A stretch of DNA of 64,000 nt, taken from an uncultured Devosia sp. Its GTDB lineage: Bacteria; Pseudomonadota; Alphaproteobacteria; Rhizobiales; Hyphomicrobiaceae. Location of the stretch: assembly GCA_964498125.1 (NCBI GenBank), contig CAZCGE010000134.1, forward strand, positions 88,724 through 152,723, in the 5' to 3' direction. Below are positions 37,400 through 47,256 of the stretch, in pieces. Both the position numbers and the translations under genes were made by a program. Positions within the stretch are counted from its first letter, which is position 1. Each line of letters opens with the position of its first letter. A model generated the notes under the pieces. The model had not been told where the DNA came from. It worked only from the letters and a program-made list of their open reading frames with translations, and did not search any database.

Positions 37400-38400
37400 G
37401 ATCGTAAAAATGACTTTTATACTTGACGCTAGGCAAAAATATCATATATTATGGGCATGAACAAGCTGCCCATACAGAAGCGCGTCCAAATCCTCGCCAT
37501 GTTCTGCGAGGGATCGTCCATGCGGTCGATCTCGCGGGTCTGCGACGTGTCGATCAATACCATCGCGAAGATGTTGGAAGATGCCGGCAAGGTCTGCATG
37601 GCGTTCCATGACGCCAACGTGCGGAACGTCAAGGCCAAGCGGGTGCAAGTCGATGAAATCTGGTCGTTTTGCGCCGCCAAGCAGAAGAATGTGCCGACCA
37701 TGAAGAAGCCCGTTGATCGCGCTGGCGACGTGTGGACGTGGACGGCGTTGGAGGCGGACACCAAGTTGATCGTACAGTGGTACGTCGGCGACCGCGACGG
37801 CGACACTGCCAAGTATTTCATCAACGATCTGGCCAGCCGTCTCGCGACGCGCGTGCAACTGACCAGCGACGGCCTCAAGGCCTATCTCGAAGCGGTCGAG
37901 GGCGCCTTCGGCGCCGACGTGGACTATGCTCAGCTCGTGAAATTGTACGGCGAAAGCCCGGAAGTCGAGAAGCGCTACTCGCCGGCCGAATGTGTCGGCG
38001 CCCGCAAAACACGGATCGAGGGTGATCCCGATCCGGCGCACATTTCGACTTCCTATGCCGAGAGGCAGAACCTGACGATGCGCATGCACATGCGGCGCTT
38101 CACGAGGCTGACGAATGCATTCAGCAAAAAGTTCGAGAGCTACGTCAACATGGTCGCTCTCTATGCCGTCTGGTACAACTTCATCCGTATTCACAAGACG
38201 CTGTGGGTGACGCCTGCAATGGCCGCTGGCCTCACCGGCAAGCTGATGAGTATGGAAGACGTTGTTGCGTTGATGGATGCCGTCGCGCCGAAGCCGGGAC
38301 GGCCCAAGACTTACAAAAAGCGCGGCGAAGAAATTTCAAACTGAGACACCACCCGAAGCGCGGCGCGACCCGACAGAGAATTGCGCGCGAAGCGCTCGCA
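37400..38400 (+). mobile_element. IS1-family insertion sequence (single-ORF type). Terminal inverted repeats not resolved.
   Basis: Contains the transposase CDS at 37451-38344 within an AT-richer patch. Boundaries are approximate. Confidence 0.55.
37451..38344 (+). CDS. IS1-family transposase (fused InsA-like helix-turn-helix plus InsB-like DDE domain)
   Basis: The N-terminal helix-turn-helix reads SSMRSISRVCDVSINTIAKMLE. The product also has RVQVDEIWSFCAAKQKN (compare InsB DEMWSF) and the C-terminus ...YAERQNLTMRMHMRRFTRLTNAFSKKFESYVNMVALYAVWYNFIRIH, characteristic of InsB. Confidence 0.8.
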   Translation: MGMNKLPIQKRVQILAMFCEGSSMRSISRVCDVSINTIAKMLEDAGKVCMAFHDANVRNVKAKRVQVDEIWSFCAAKQKNVPTMKKPVDRAGDVWTWTALEADTKLIVQWYVGDRDGDTAKYFINDLASRLATRVQLTSDGLKAYLEAVEGAFGADVDYAQLVKLYGESPEVEKRYSPAECVGARKTRIEGDPDPAHISTSYAERQNLTMRMHMRRFTRLTNAFSKKFESYVNMVALYAVWYNFIRIHKTLWVTPAMAAGLTGKLMSMEDVVALMDAVAPKPGRPKTYKKRGEEISN

Positions 38401-38451
38401 TTCGGCCACTCTGCGCACTATGTAACGGCACGCTTCGACGAGGTGTCGCCC

Positions 38452-39606
38452 ATGCCGATATGGCTTTACGTCCTCCTGGCCGCCGGACCCATGCTGGTCA
38501 GTCCCATGCTGGCCGGCCCGGCGCATGCCGAAATGACCAACGCGCCGCGGCCCACGCACAGCGTCGCGGCGAAGGTCGAGACTGTCGCCAAGGGGCTGGA
38601 GCATCCCTGGGCACTGGCATTCCTGCCGGACGGGCGCATGCTGGTCACCGAGCGGCCGGGGCGGCTCAGGATCGTCAGCAAGGACGGCAAGTTGTCGCCA
38701 GCCGTTGCCGGCGTCCCGGTTGTCGCCGCGCGCGGCCAGGGCGGCCTGCTCGACGTGGCTCTCGACCCGCGCTTTGCCGACTCTGGCAGCATCTATCTGA
38801 CTTACGCCGAACCGCGTGGCGGCAACACCAATGCCACCGCGCTGGCGCGCGCTCGCTTCGTTCTGGCCGGCGATAGCGGCCGCCTCGAGGAATTCCGCGT
38901 CCTCTTTCGCCAGCAGCCCGCCTGGGACTCAGGCCATCATTTCGGCTCGCGCATCGCTTTTTCCCGCGACGGCGCGCTGTTTGTCACGTTGGGCGAGCGC
39001 AGCGCCGCGCGCGACGAGGCACAGAACCCAGCCAACCACATCGGCAAGGTGGTGCACCTGAACGCGGACGGCACCGCGCATGCCAGCAATCCGAAGCTGC
39101 CGGGCTGGGCGCCAGAGAACTGGTCGATTGGCCACCGCAATGTGCAGGCGGCGGCCATTCATCCCGCAACCGGCAAGCTGTGGACCGCCGAGCACGGCGC
39201 CCGCGGCGGCGACGAGGTCAACATCCCGGAGGCCGGACGAAACTACGGCTGGCCGGTGATCAGCTATGGCCGGGAATACTCCGGCGGCAGGATCGGCGTC
39301 GGCGCGGCCAAGGACGGCATGCAGCAGCCGGTCTACTACTTCGACCCCTCGATTGCACCGTCCGGCATGGCCTTCTACACGTCTGATGTCGTGCCGGAAT
39401 GGAAGGGCAGCCTGTTCGTCGGCGCACTGGCGCAGATGCACTTGAACCGGTTGGTGCTCGACGGCGACAAGGTGGTCGGCGAGGAACGGCTGCTCACAGA
39501 GTTGCGCGCGCGCATCCGCGACGTGCGTCAGGGCCCGGACGGAGCGCTGTGGTTGCTGACCGACAGCGCGGATGGCAAGGTGCTGCGGGTGACGGGCGCA
39601 AGATAA
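38452..39606 (+). CDS. PQQ-dependent sugar dehydrogenase (soluble aldose/sorbosone dehydrogenase, YliI/Asd family)
   Basis: Signal peptide MPIWLYVLLAAGPMLVSPMLAGPAHA, then ...LEHPWALAFLPDGRMLVTERPGRLRIV...GRNYGWPVISYG. Confidence 0.85.
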   Translation: MPIWLYVLLAAGPMLVSPMLAGPAHAEMTNAPRPTHSVAAKVETVAKGLEHPWALAFLPDGRMLVTERPGRLRIVSKDGKLSPAVAGVPVVAARGQGGLLDVALDPRFADSGSIYLTYAEPRGGNTNATALARARFVLAGDSGRLEEFRVLFRQQPAWDSGHHFGSRIAFSRDGALFVTLGERSAARDEAQNPANHIGKVVHLNADGTAHASNPKLPGWAPENWSIGHRNVQAAAIHPATGKLWTAEHGARGGDEVNIPEAGRNYGWPVISYGREYSGGRIGVGAAKDGMQQPVYYFDPSIAPSGMAFYTSDVVPEWKGSLFVGALAQMHLNRLVLDGDKVVGEERLLTELRARIRDVRQGPDGALWLLTDSADGKVLRVTGAR

Positions 39607-39620
39607 ACGGAGCAACGACA

Positions 39621-40139
39621 ATGCCAAATGACGCATCTGCTGGGCAGCGGGCATCCAACGCCATCCACCCCTCCGTCCGCATCGGCCACGTGCACCTGAG
39701 GGTCGCCAACCTGGAGCGATCGCTGATATTCTATCGCGACGTGCTCGGCTTCGAGGTCACCTTTCGCCGCCAGGGCGCGGTGTTCATGTCGGCCGGCGGC
39801 TATCACCATCACCTGGCGATCAACACCTGGGAGAGCGCTGGCGGCACGCCGCCACCCCCCGGCAGCACGGGGCTGTATCACACCGCCATCCTCTACCCGA
39901 CGCGGCCGCTGCTGGCCGATGGGCTGCGGCGGCTGATCGCCGCCGATATCCAGCTCGACGGCGCCAGCGATCACGGTGTCAGCGAGGCGCTGTACCTGCA
40001 CGACCCCGACGAGAATGGCGTCGAGTTGTATTGGGACCGGCCAAAGGAGCTGTGGCCCAAGGACGCCAATGGCGGCCTCGCCATGTACACGCGTCGCCTG
40101 GATCTGCAGGCGCTGCTGGCCGAGCCGCAGGCGGCCTGA
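39621..40139 (+). CDS. VOC-family (glyoxalase/bleomycin-resistance/extradiol dioxygenase fold) protein
   Basis: The 172 aa product contains IGHVHLRVANLERSLIFYRDVLGFEV...HHHLAINTW. Confidence 0.8.
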   Translation: MPNDASAGQRASNAIHPSVRIGHVHLRVANLERSLIFYRDVLGFEVTFRRQGAVFMSAGGYHHHLAINTWESAGGTPPPPGSTGLYHTAILYPTRPLLADGLRRLIAADIQLDGASDHGVSEALYLHDPDENGVELYWDRPKELWPKDANGGLAMYTRRLDLQALLAEPQAA

Positions 40140-40149
40140 GGCGAACGCA

Positions 40150-41304
40150 TCAGCCAGCGAACCGGATCTGTGCCAGATATCGCACAGCCCAGGCTTCGCC
40201 CTTGCCCTTAGCCTCCGTCTTGACGCCGGTGGGCGGCACGATGCTGCCGATCACAACGGGGGCCTCTCCGGCAGCACGCAATGCGGACAGCACCGCGTCG
40301 GCGCGCGCCTTGTCGGCCACCACCACCATGCCGATGCCGCAGTTGAAGGTGCGCAGCATTTCCGTGTCACCGAGGCGACCAGCCTTGGCGAGCCAGCCAA
40401 ATACGGCCGGTGCGGACCAGGCCGCCAGGTCGATCTCGGCGGCGACGCCGGCCGGTAGCACCCGCGGCAGGTTTTCGCTCGGGCCACCGCCGGTGATGTG
40501 CGACAGCGCCTTGATCGCCCCCTTGGCGCCGCCCGTGGCCGTCAGAGCCGCGAGCAACGGTTTGACGTAGATGCGGGTGGGGGTGAGGAGGGACTCGGCG
40601 AGGGTGGAAACGGTGTCTGACCGGAGGTCAGACACCAAGACACCAAACGGCGCCGGCGCGTCCCAGTCGAGCCCGGCTTCCGCCACCAACCGGCGCACCA
40701 GCGAATAGCCGTTGGAATGCACACCCGAGGACGGCAGGCCGATCAACACGTCGCCCACGACGATATCGTCACGCGGCAGCAACTCGCCGCGTTCGGCCGC
40801 GCCCACCGCGAAACCGGCGAGGTCGTAGTCCTTGCCGTGGTACATGCCGGGCATCTCGGCCGTCTCGCCACCAATCAAGGCCGCGCCGGCCTGCCGGCAG
40901 CCCTCGGCGATGCCGGCAATGACATCCTTCGCCACGCCCACATCGAGCCGGCCGCAAGCGAAATAATCCAGGAAAAACAACGGCTCGGCACCCTGCACGA
41001 CCAGATCGTTGACGCACATCGCGACCAGATCGATGCCGATCGTCGCGTGCCGCCCGGTGTCGATGGCAATCTTCAGCTTGGTGCCGACACCGTCATTGGC
41101 CGCCACCAGGATCGGGTCCTTGAAGCCTGCCCGCTTCAGATCGAACAGCCCGCCGAAGCCGCCCAGGTCGCCATCCGCGCCGGGTCGCCGCGTCGCGCGC
41201 GCCAAGGGCTTGATCGCCCGCACCAGCGCGTTGCCGACATCGATATCGACGCCGGCCTCGGCATAGGTGATCGGCCTGTTGCGCTCGTCGGGGGATTGGG
41301 CCAT
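40150..41304 (-). CDS. purM: Phosphoribosylformylglycinamidine cyclo-ligase (AIR synthase)
   Basis: The product reads [28 protein letters not shown]...GGFGGLFDL...[10 protein letters not shown].... The ATG at 41304 was chosen. Confidence 0.9.
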   Translation of the reverse strand: MAQSPDERNRPITYAEAGVDIDVGNALVRAIKPLARATRRPGADGDLGGFGGLFDLKRAGFKDPILVAANDGVGTKLKIAIDTGRHATIGIDLVAMCVNDLVVQGAEPLFFLDYFACGRLDVGVAKDVIAGIAEGCRQAGAALIGGETAEMPGMYHGKDYDLAGFAVGAAERGELLPRDDIVVGDVLIGLPSSGVHSNGYSLVRRLVAEAGLDWDAPAPFGVLVSDLRSDTVSTLAESLLTPTRIYVKPLLAALTATGGAKGAIKALSHITGGGPSENLPRVLPAGVAAEIDLAAWSAPAVFGWLAKAGRLGDTEMLRTFNCGIGMVVVADKARADAVLSALRAAGEAPVVIGSIVPPTGVKTEAKGKGEAWAVRYLAQIRFAG

Positions 41305-41481
41305 GAAACCTCTTGGTTTGCTTCGGATCGGCGTGCGGATCGGACTTCGCGGCTGTCGCGGTTCGCACGTGGGGATCATGCGAGCGTGGACACGGACGAA
41401 GGTATCCCAACTTCCGCCCTATTAATCGCAGGATATGTGGCGTCCTAGCAAACCAGCGAGCGGTTCAGCAACCTGCTATAT

Positions 41482-42678
41482 GTGCCGCGGCTCGGTCGGC
41501 GTGGAGCAAGCCGCGCGAATAGTCGAGCCATTTCTGCAGGAGGGCACGTGGGCACTCATCCGCGCATGATTGGCCGATGCATGATTGCCGTGCTCGTGTT
41601 CGGGCTGTCCGGCGCCGGCCTCGCGCCGGGCGAAGCCAGCGCCCAGCCGCGCGCCGACAAGGCCTATACCATCGCTAATTACCCGGTCGAGGCCCAGGCC
41701 GAAGATGCCGTCACCGCCAAGGACCGCGCACTGGCCGAGGGCCAGCAGGCCGCATTCCGGTCCCTGTTGAAACGCCTGGTGCCAGTCACCGCCTACAACC
41801 GGCTGAAGTCGCTGCGCAAGGTCAAGGCAGCCGACCTCGTCGAAGGCGTCTCGGTTCGCTCCGAGCGCAATTCGACCACCCAGTACATCGCCAGCCTCGA
41901 TTTCGCCTTCAGTCCGCAGGCTGTGCGCACGCTATTGCGCCGTGAGGGCATCGCATTCATCGATCAGCAGGCCGCGCAGACCGTCGTCGTGCCGATCGTC
42001 ATGGCCGCTCAGGCCGCCGAACCCGAAAGCGCGGCAAATTCCAAGCTTTGGCTGGACACCTGGTCGGGCCTCGACCTGGAGCATGCGCTGACACCCGTCC
42101 GGCTCGGCTCTCCAAAGGCTGCGCCGCCCGCGAACACGATGCAGCGGCTGATCGCTGGCGACCAGGCCGGTATTGCACCGCTGGCCGCCGAATTCCGCTC
42201 GGATTTCACCGTTGCCGTCATTGCCGAGCCAGATTTGCCGAACAATCGCTTGCATATCTGGCTATCGGGCGAGGACGCCTCCGGACCCATCCTGTTGAAG
42301 CGCAGCTATCGCCTGTCCGGCGGCGACCTCACCTACACCATGGAGTTGGCGGCCGTGGTCGGGCTCGGCATCCTGGAGGGGCGCTGGAAGGCGCAAGCAC
42401 TGCGTAATCGTGGTGGCAATGCCTCGTTGTCGCAGACTGCGGCGGCCTTCGAGTTGACAGTGGAGTTTCGCAGCCGCGTGCAATGGGAGGAAATGCGCAA
42501 CCGGCTTGAACGGATCCAGGGCGTCGAGGAAGTCGACGTGGTGTCCTTGACCACCCGCAGCGCCACTTTGGCCCTGCGCTTCCCCGGCGGCCCCGAGCAA
42601 CTGGTTGACGCCGTGGAGGCGCAGGGCATGGACTTGAGCCGGGCCGGCGGCATGTGGACATTGCGCCCTGCCCCTTGA
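41482..42678 (+). CDS. DUF2066-like secreted protein conserved next to purM in alphaproteobacteria. The start is uncertain; a likely internal ATG lies near 41566.
   Basis: A signal-peptide-like stretch (MIAVLVFGLSGAGLAPGEASAQ) follows the internal start. The gene sits in the conserved purM-pgsA-hdaA neighbourhood. Confidence 0.55.
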   Translation: MPRLGRRGASRANSRAISAGGHVGTHPRMIGRCMIAVLVFGLSGAGLAPGEASAQPRADKAYTIANYPVEAQAEDAVTAKDRALAEGQQAAFRSLLKRLVPVTAYNRLKSLRKVKAADLVEGVSVRSERNSTTQYIASLDFAFSPQAVRTLLRREGIAFIDQQAAQTVVVPIVMAAQAAEPESAANSKLWLDTWSGLDLEHALTPVRLGSPKAAPPANTMQRLIAGDQAGIAPLAAEFRSDFTVAVIAEPDLPNNRLHIWLSGEDASGPILLKRSYRLSGGDLTYTMELAAVVGLGILEGRWKAQALRNRGGNASLSQTAAAFELTVEFRSRVQWEEMRNRLERIQGVEEVDVVSLTTRSATLALRFPGGPEQLVDAVEAQGMDLSRAGGMWTLRPAP

Positions 42679-42760
42679 TCGCGAGCGCGACCATTGCACC
42701 CGCTCCAGGCCGGCACTCCAGGCCTGCGAGAAATCCTCGCCAAACCGCTTTGCCCCGTAA

Positions 42761-43471
42761 TTGCCACTCGACGGCGCCAAGGCGAGGAGGATAGGCTTTA
42801 TTCGATCATATTGCGCCAGCGCCACAAGAGCGCGTCGTGGCGGCACGCCGTTGGTTCGGTGTGCCCGATCGAGCGCAAATAGCCAAAGGGAGACTTCGAT
42901 CACGCGTGCTGTCAGCTTGCCTAACCTGATCACATTGGGCCGGGTAATCCTGGTGCCGGTGGTGTTCTGGCTGGTCGTCACACACCAGATTCAAGCGGCA
43001 TTTTTCTTGTTCGTGCTGGCGGGCGTCAGCGATGCCGTCGATGGCTTCCTGGCCAAGCGTTTCGGCTGGCAAACGGTGCTCGGCGCCTACCTCGACCCGA
43101 TGGCGGACAAGCTGCTCATCGTCTCGATCTTCGTCGCCATGGGTGTTCTGGGTGAATTGCCGTCCTGGATCGTCATTGCGGTCGTGTCGCGCGACATCCT
43201 GATCGTGCTGGGTATTGTCTTGTCCTGGCTGCTGGGCCATCCGGTCGGCATCCAGCCGTCCGCCGTCAGCAAGGCCAATACGGCCTCGCAGATCGTGCTG
43301 GCTGCCACAGTCCTGGCTGACGAGGGGTTTAACCTCGGCCTGGATGGCACGCGCTTGGTCCTGGTGTGGCTGACCGCGATCTTGACCGTGGCCTCGCTTG
43401 CGCTTTACGCGCGAACATGGCTGAAGCACATGGCGCTTTTCGCGTCGACGGGAAGCGATCGCCAACCCTGA
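42761..43471 (+). CDS. pgsA: CDP-alcohol phosphatidyltransferase (PgsA-like). N-terminus probably over-extended.
   Basis: The product contains ...LPNLITLGRVILVPVVFWL...GVSDAVDGFLAKRFGWQTVLGAYLDPMADKLL. The true start is probably a non-ATG codon near 42900, after an AAAGGGAGA ribosome-binding site. Confidence 0.75.
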   Translation: MPLDGAKARRIGFIRSYCASATRARRGGTPLVRCARSSANSQRETSITRAVSLPNLITLGRVILVPVVFWLVVTHQIQAAFFLFVLAGVSDAVDGFLAKRFGWQTVLGAYLDPMADKLLIVSIFVAMGVLGELPSWIVIAVVSRDILIVLGIVLSWLLGHPVGIQPSAVSKANTASQIVLAATVLADEGFNLGLDGTRLVLVWLTAILTVASLALYARTWLKHMALFASTGSDRQP

Positions 43472-43545
43472 ACGGGAAGGCTATTTTTTGCAACTCGGCG
43501 GCAGCGGGTAGCTGCCACTGACGCACGACGGGGGAAGGGGGAAGG

Positions 43546-44643
43546 GTGATGCGGGCTGAAAAGCAGATTCTGTTTTGGCTGTCGGCGGCGATGCTGGCGC
43601 TGTTCGCGATCCTGTTGCTCAAAGACGTCCTGCTGCCGTTCGTCGTCGGCATGGTGATTGCCTACTTCCTCAATCCCCTCGCGGACCGCCTGGAGCGAAT
43701 AGGCCTCAGTCGGGCCCTGGCCTCCGCCATCATCGTCGCCAGCGCCGGGCTGATCCTGGTCACTACGCTGGTTTTGCTGGTGCCCGTCATCGCCTCGCAG
43801 GTGCAGCAGCTCGCCCTGACGCTGCCCGACGAGATCCTGCGGCTCAAGCAGATCGTCGAGACCTGGGCCCGTGAACAGCTCGGCATGCACTTTGCCCAGG
43901 TCGAAGCCGGCCTCGACAACGCCGCCGCCGAACTGGCCAAGAACTGGTCGGCCTGGGCCGGAGTATTGGCACGCTCGATCTGGAGCCAGAGCCTGGCGGT
44001 GTTCAATTTCATCTCGCTGCTGCTGGTCACGCCGCTGGTCGTGTTCTATCTGCTGGTCGACTGGCACCCGATGCTGGACAAGGTCGATGGCTGGCTGCCG
44101 CGTGCGCAGGCGCCCGCCATTCGCAGGCTCGCTGGCGAGATCAACGATGCCGTGTCCGCTTTCATCCGCGGGCAAGGCACCGTCTGCCTGATCCTCGGCA
44201 TCTTCTATGCGGTGCTGCTGAGCTGGGTCGGCTTGAAGTACGGCCTGGTGATCGGGCTGGCCACGGGGCTTTTCACATTCATTCCATTCGTCGGCTGGGC
44301 CCTCGGCATGATCACGGCCACAGGGCTTGCCGCCGTGCAGTTCTGGCCTGAAATGCTGCCGCTCGCCTTGGTGGTCGGCATTTTCCTGGTCGGGCAGGCC
44401 GTGGACGCCGGTTTCCTGTCGCCCAAGGTCGTCGGCTCAAAAATCGGCCTGCACCCGGTGTGGCTGATCTTCGCCCTGTTCGTCTTCAGCTACCTGTTCG
44501 GTTTCGTCGGTATGCTGGTCGCCGTGCCGGTCGCCGCGGCGATTGGTGTGGTGGTTCGATTTGCCCTGCAGGTCTACACGCACAGCGAGATGTTCCACGG
44601 TCCCGGCGGCGGGTCTGGTCCCCCGGCAGATCGCACTCCATGA
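43546..44643 (+). CDS. AI-2E family transporter (PerM/YhhT-like)
   Basis: The 365 aa polytopic membrane protein reads MMRAEKQILFWLSAAMLALFAILLLKDVLLPFVVGMVIAYFLNPL. Confidence 0.85.
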   Translation: MMRAEKQILFWLSAAMLALFAILLLKDVLLPFVVGMVIAYFLNPLADRLERIGLSRALASAIIVASAGLILVTTLVLLVPVIASQVQQLALTLPDEILRLKQIVETWAREQLGMHFAQVEAGLDNAAAELAKNWSAWAGVLARSIWSQSLAVFNFISLLLVTPLVVFYLLVDWHPMLDKVDGWLPRAQAPAIRRLAGEINDAVSAFIRGQGTVCLILGIFYAVLLSWVGLKYGLVIGLATGLFTFIPFVGWALGMITATGLAAVQFWPEMLPLALVVGIFLVGQAVDAGFLSPKVVGSKIGLHPVWLIFALFVFSYLFGFVGMLVAVPVAAAIGVVVRFALQVYTHSEMFHGPGGGSGPPADRTP

Positions 44644-45332
44644 CCGCGCGGCATCGACAGTTGGCGTTCGATCTGTCCCATCGCGCCGCACTGGGAGCCG
44701 AGGATTTCCTGGTCTCCGAGTCCAACGCAACAGCTGTCGATCTCATCGACCGCTGGCCGCGGTGGCCCTTGTGGGCCGCCATTGTCACCGGCCCATCCGA
44801 CAGCGGCAAGAGCCACCTCGCCCATGTCTGGCAATTCAAATCCGCAGCCGCATTGGAGCTGGCCAGCGCTTTGTCCGAAGCGACGCTCCTAGGCCTTGCA
44901 GCCAAGCGAGCCCTCGTCGTCGAAAACATCGACCGCGGTATCGCCAGCGAACGTGCGTTGTTCCACCTGCTGAACCTTGCCCGCGAGCACAAGCTGTCGA
45001 TCCTGCTCACCTCGCGCGCGGCACCCGGCGCGCTGAGCATCAGCCTGCCTGACCTGCGATCGCGACTGCGCGCCCTGCCAATGGTTGCCATCTCGCCGCC
45101 CGATGCGGCGCTGATCAAAGCCGTTGCCGTGAAACTTTTTGCCGACCGGCAGATCGCGGTCGATCCGCGCGTCGTCAACTACATCGGCCGCCATGTCGAG
45201 CAGTCCCTGGCCGCGGTCGCCCGCGTCGTCGCCGCAGCCGATCAACTGGCACTCGCCCGCCGAGCCACGGTGTCAATTCCGATCGTCAAGGAGGTCCTTG
45301 GCGTCATGGGCGGCGGTGATTTGCCGGAGTGA
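44640..45332 (+). CDS. hdaA: DnaA-related regulatory protein HdaA
   Basis: The ATG at 44640 overlaps the AI-2E stop (ATGA). The 230 aa product carries a P-loop (IVTGPSDSGKSHLAHV) and a DnaA-like AAA+ domain (...LLTSRAAPGALSISLPDLRSRL). Confidence 0.8.
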   Translation: MTARHRQLAFDLSHRAALGAEDFLVSESNATAVDLIDRWPRWPLWAAIVTGPSDSGKSHLAHVWQFKSAAALELASALSEATLLGLAAKRALVVENIDRGIASERALFHLLNLAREHKLSILLTSRAAPGALSISLPDLRSRLRALPMVAISPPDAALIKAVAVKLFADRQIAVDPRVVNYIGRHVEQSLAAVARVVAAADQLALARRATVSIPIVKEVLGVMGGGDLPE

Positions 45333-45517
45333 CCGGCGTCTCATTACCGCGGACTCGAACGGCTTGATCCACTCGCCGTCCGTGCGCAAATCTAATGTTG
45401 CGACTCATTCATATGGTACCTGGATCGAGGCCGAGCATTCGCTACGCGAGAAGGGCTGCCGCCCACATATTTACTTGCGTGCCTCCGGCACGACCCCGCT
45501 TGGGGGACGTCCAAACC

Positions 45518-45777
45518 CCCTCTTTATTATGGATAAAGAGGGGCGGGTCTGGGAGTGCTTCCCTCCCAGCGGGGTCTGGGACCGGCTCCAGTCGTGAAGC
45601 CAATAGCGCCGGGAATCATATGAACGGGCCAGAACACTAATACCAACCTGCGCAGACTCTGACTCTCAGTTATGCCGTGCGCAGGTTGGTATTCTCTTTT
45701 GTTTGCGCGCAGCCGCCACGCCAACCCTGCGCGCGTATACCAATCTGCATGGGTCAATACCCATGCAGATTGGTATA
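45518..45777. repeat. Cluster of five stem-loops (REP-like) in the convergent gap between hdaA and the GH25 gene
   Basis: The five hairpins are: CCCTCTTTAT/ATAAAGAGGG at 45518-45542; CTGGGAG/CTCCCAG at 45549-45569; AATACCAACCTGCGCA/TGCGCAGGTTGGTATT at 45639-45693; CGCGCAG/CTGCGCG at 45706-45734; and a perfect 19-bp stem TATACCAATCTGCATGGGT/ACCCATGCAGATTGGTATA at 45736-45777. Confidence 0.75.
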
Positions 45778-45784
45778 AGTTGGT

Positions 45785-46843
45785 TCAGTGGAGTTCACGC
45801 TCGAGTATTGCACGCGACCGCCGCCCGTTTTCAGCGATGTCGACAAGCAGCAGCAGTGCGCCAAATGCCAATATCGCGACAATGAAGCCGGCAACCAAAC
45901 CGGCAGCGCCACCCCACTCCGGCGCAAAGCCATCGGTCCAAGTTCGCGCCGCCCAAAATCCGAGTGCTGCTCCGCCAAGACTGCAGGCCATAAATCCCAG
46001 GATGGCAATGACCCGCAGTGCCGCAAACGCGAATCTGGCGAACTTCGAGCTGCCTGCGTCCGCCACCGCCCCTCCACCACGCGGTGCTCGGGTCGATGCC
46101 GGGGAGGGCCTGATGGGTCGCGTGGTCACGACAACCGGTGGCTCGACTGGCTCATCGGCTGCCTCCGGCAGGGGATCATTGCCCGGTAGGGTTGCTTCCG
46201 CAGCACTGGCAACTGCCATCGGTGGACCCTCGACCCACTCGGCCGCCAGCTGCTCCGGGGTTCCCGCGTAGATATTCAGGTCGACCTGTCCCCTGATCCC
46301 GGCTATTGCATGCGGCAACGGGCCAATGCCATCGCCTGTGTATTGCCACAACCAGTATTTCTTCCAGGTTGGCGGCAACTTCGCCCTGGGACCATATTGC
46401 GCCAGCCACAGGCGGTGCATCGCAAAAAACGGATCGAACGTGCGGCCCAATTCCTCCTTGATCAGATTTCCGCTGTAGAGGATGGGCCGCCGACCGGTCT
46501 TCTCAAAGATCGCCTGCATGAATTCGCGGGCCTGGTCGAGCGACATGGTATTGTTGCGATTGGGCTCGAAATCCAGGGCGAGAAGCGTATCGTCATCAGG
46601 GCTGGCCACCTTCAGGAAGTGCTCGACCTGGGCGTCAACGTCCTCGTCATTGGCAAAGTGATAGGCGCCCCACAGCAGACCGTGCTTGCGCGCGATCTCG
46701 CGGCGCTCGCCGTACGTGCGATCGACAATACGGGTGCCTTGGGTGGCTTTGTGAATGATCCCTTTGATTCCAGCCGCCGCGGTCGCCTTCAGGTCGACGA
46801 CGACGTCGCCGTGATAAATATCGGCAACCATTGGTTTGAACAT
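45785..46843 (-). CDS. Glycoside hydrolase family 25 lysozyme (muramidase) with a Pro-rich linker and a C-terminal transmembrane anchor
   Basis: A GGAGGG ribosome-binding site precedes the ATG at 46843. The product reads MFKPMVADIYHGDVVVDLKATAAAGIKGIIHKATQGTRIVDRTY...GAYHF, typical of GH25. The C-terminus is a hydrophobic helix. Confidence 0.8.
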   Translation of the reverse strand: MFKPMVADIYHGDVVVDLKATAAAGIKGIIHKATQGTRIVDRTYGERREIARKHGLLWGAYHFANDEDVDAQVEHFLKVASPDDDTLLALDFEPNRNNTMSLDQAREFMQAIFEKTGRRPILYSGNLIKEELGRTFDPFFAMHRLWLAQYGPRAKLPPTWKKYWLWQYTGDGIGPLPHAIAGIRGQVDLNIYAGTPEQLAAEWVEGPPMAVASAAEATLPGNDPLPEAADEPVEPPVVVTTRPIRPSPASTRAPRGGGAVADAGSSKFARFAFAALRVIAILGFMACSLGGAALGFWAARTWTDGFAPEWGGAAGLVAGFIVAILAFGALLLLVDIAENGRRSRAILERELH

Positions 46844-46892
46844 GGACCGCTCCCTCCGATGAATGGCTTCAACGACCATAAAAGTCTCGCAA

Positions 46893-47256
46893 TCAATGCG
46901 CCGGACACGGGTAGGCACTGACAGTGTAGCTCCAGTTTCCGCCTCCGCCCTCGATCCTGAGTCTGCGCAAGTAGCCGCTACTCCACTTTGCGAATTTGTC
47001 GCCATGGAGACCGAGCGCCTGCTCCTGCCAGGCGGCTACGGCTCGCTTGCGGCCGACCTGCCGAGCGACGCAGGATCTGCTGCTCGACGCCGGACACGCA
47101 AAGTTGGCGCTGCCTTCGATACGCGGTTTGCAGCCTCGCGCTTCGGCGGTGTCGTGCGGCATGGCTGCCAGCGGGCTGGTCACGGCGAGCGCAACGATCG
47201 TCACAGTACCGAGCACCGCACCGATTCTCCCCGCGGTCTGCAACCGTTGCACGCTC
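46893..47256 (-). CDS. Possible small secreted protein upstream of the GH25 gene (low confidence)
   Basis: Minus-strand ORF MSVQRLQTAGRIGAVLGTVTIVALAVTSPLAA... with a signal-peptide-like N-terminus. No homology recognised. Confidence 0.25.
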
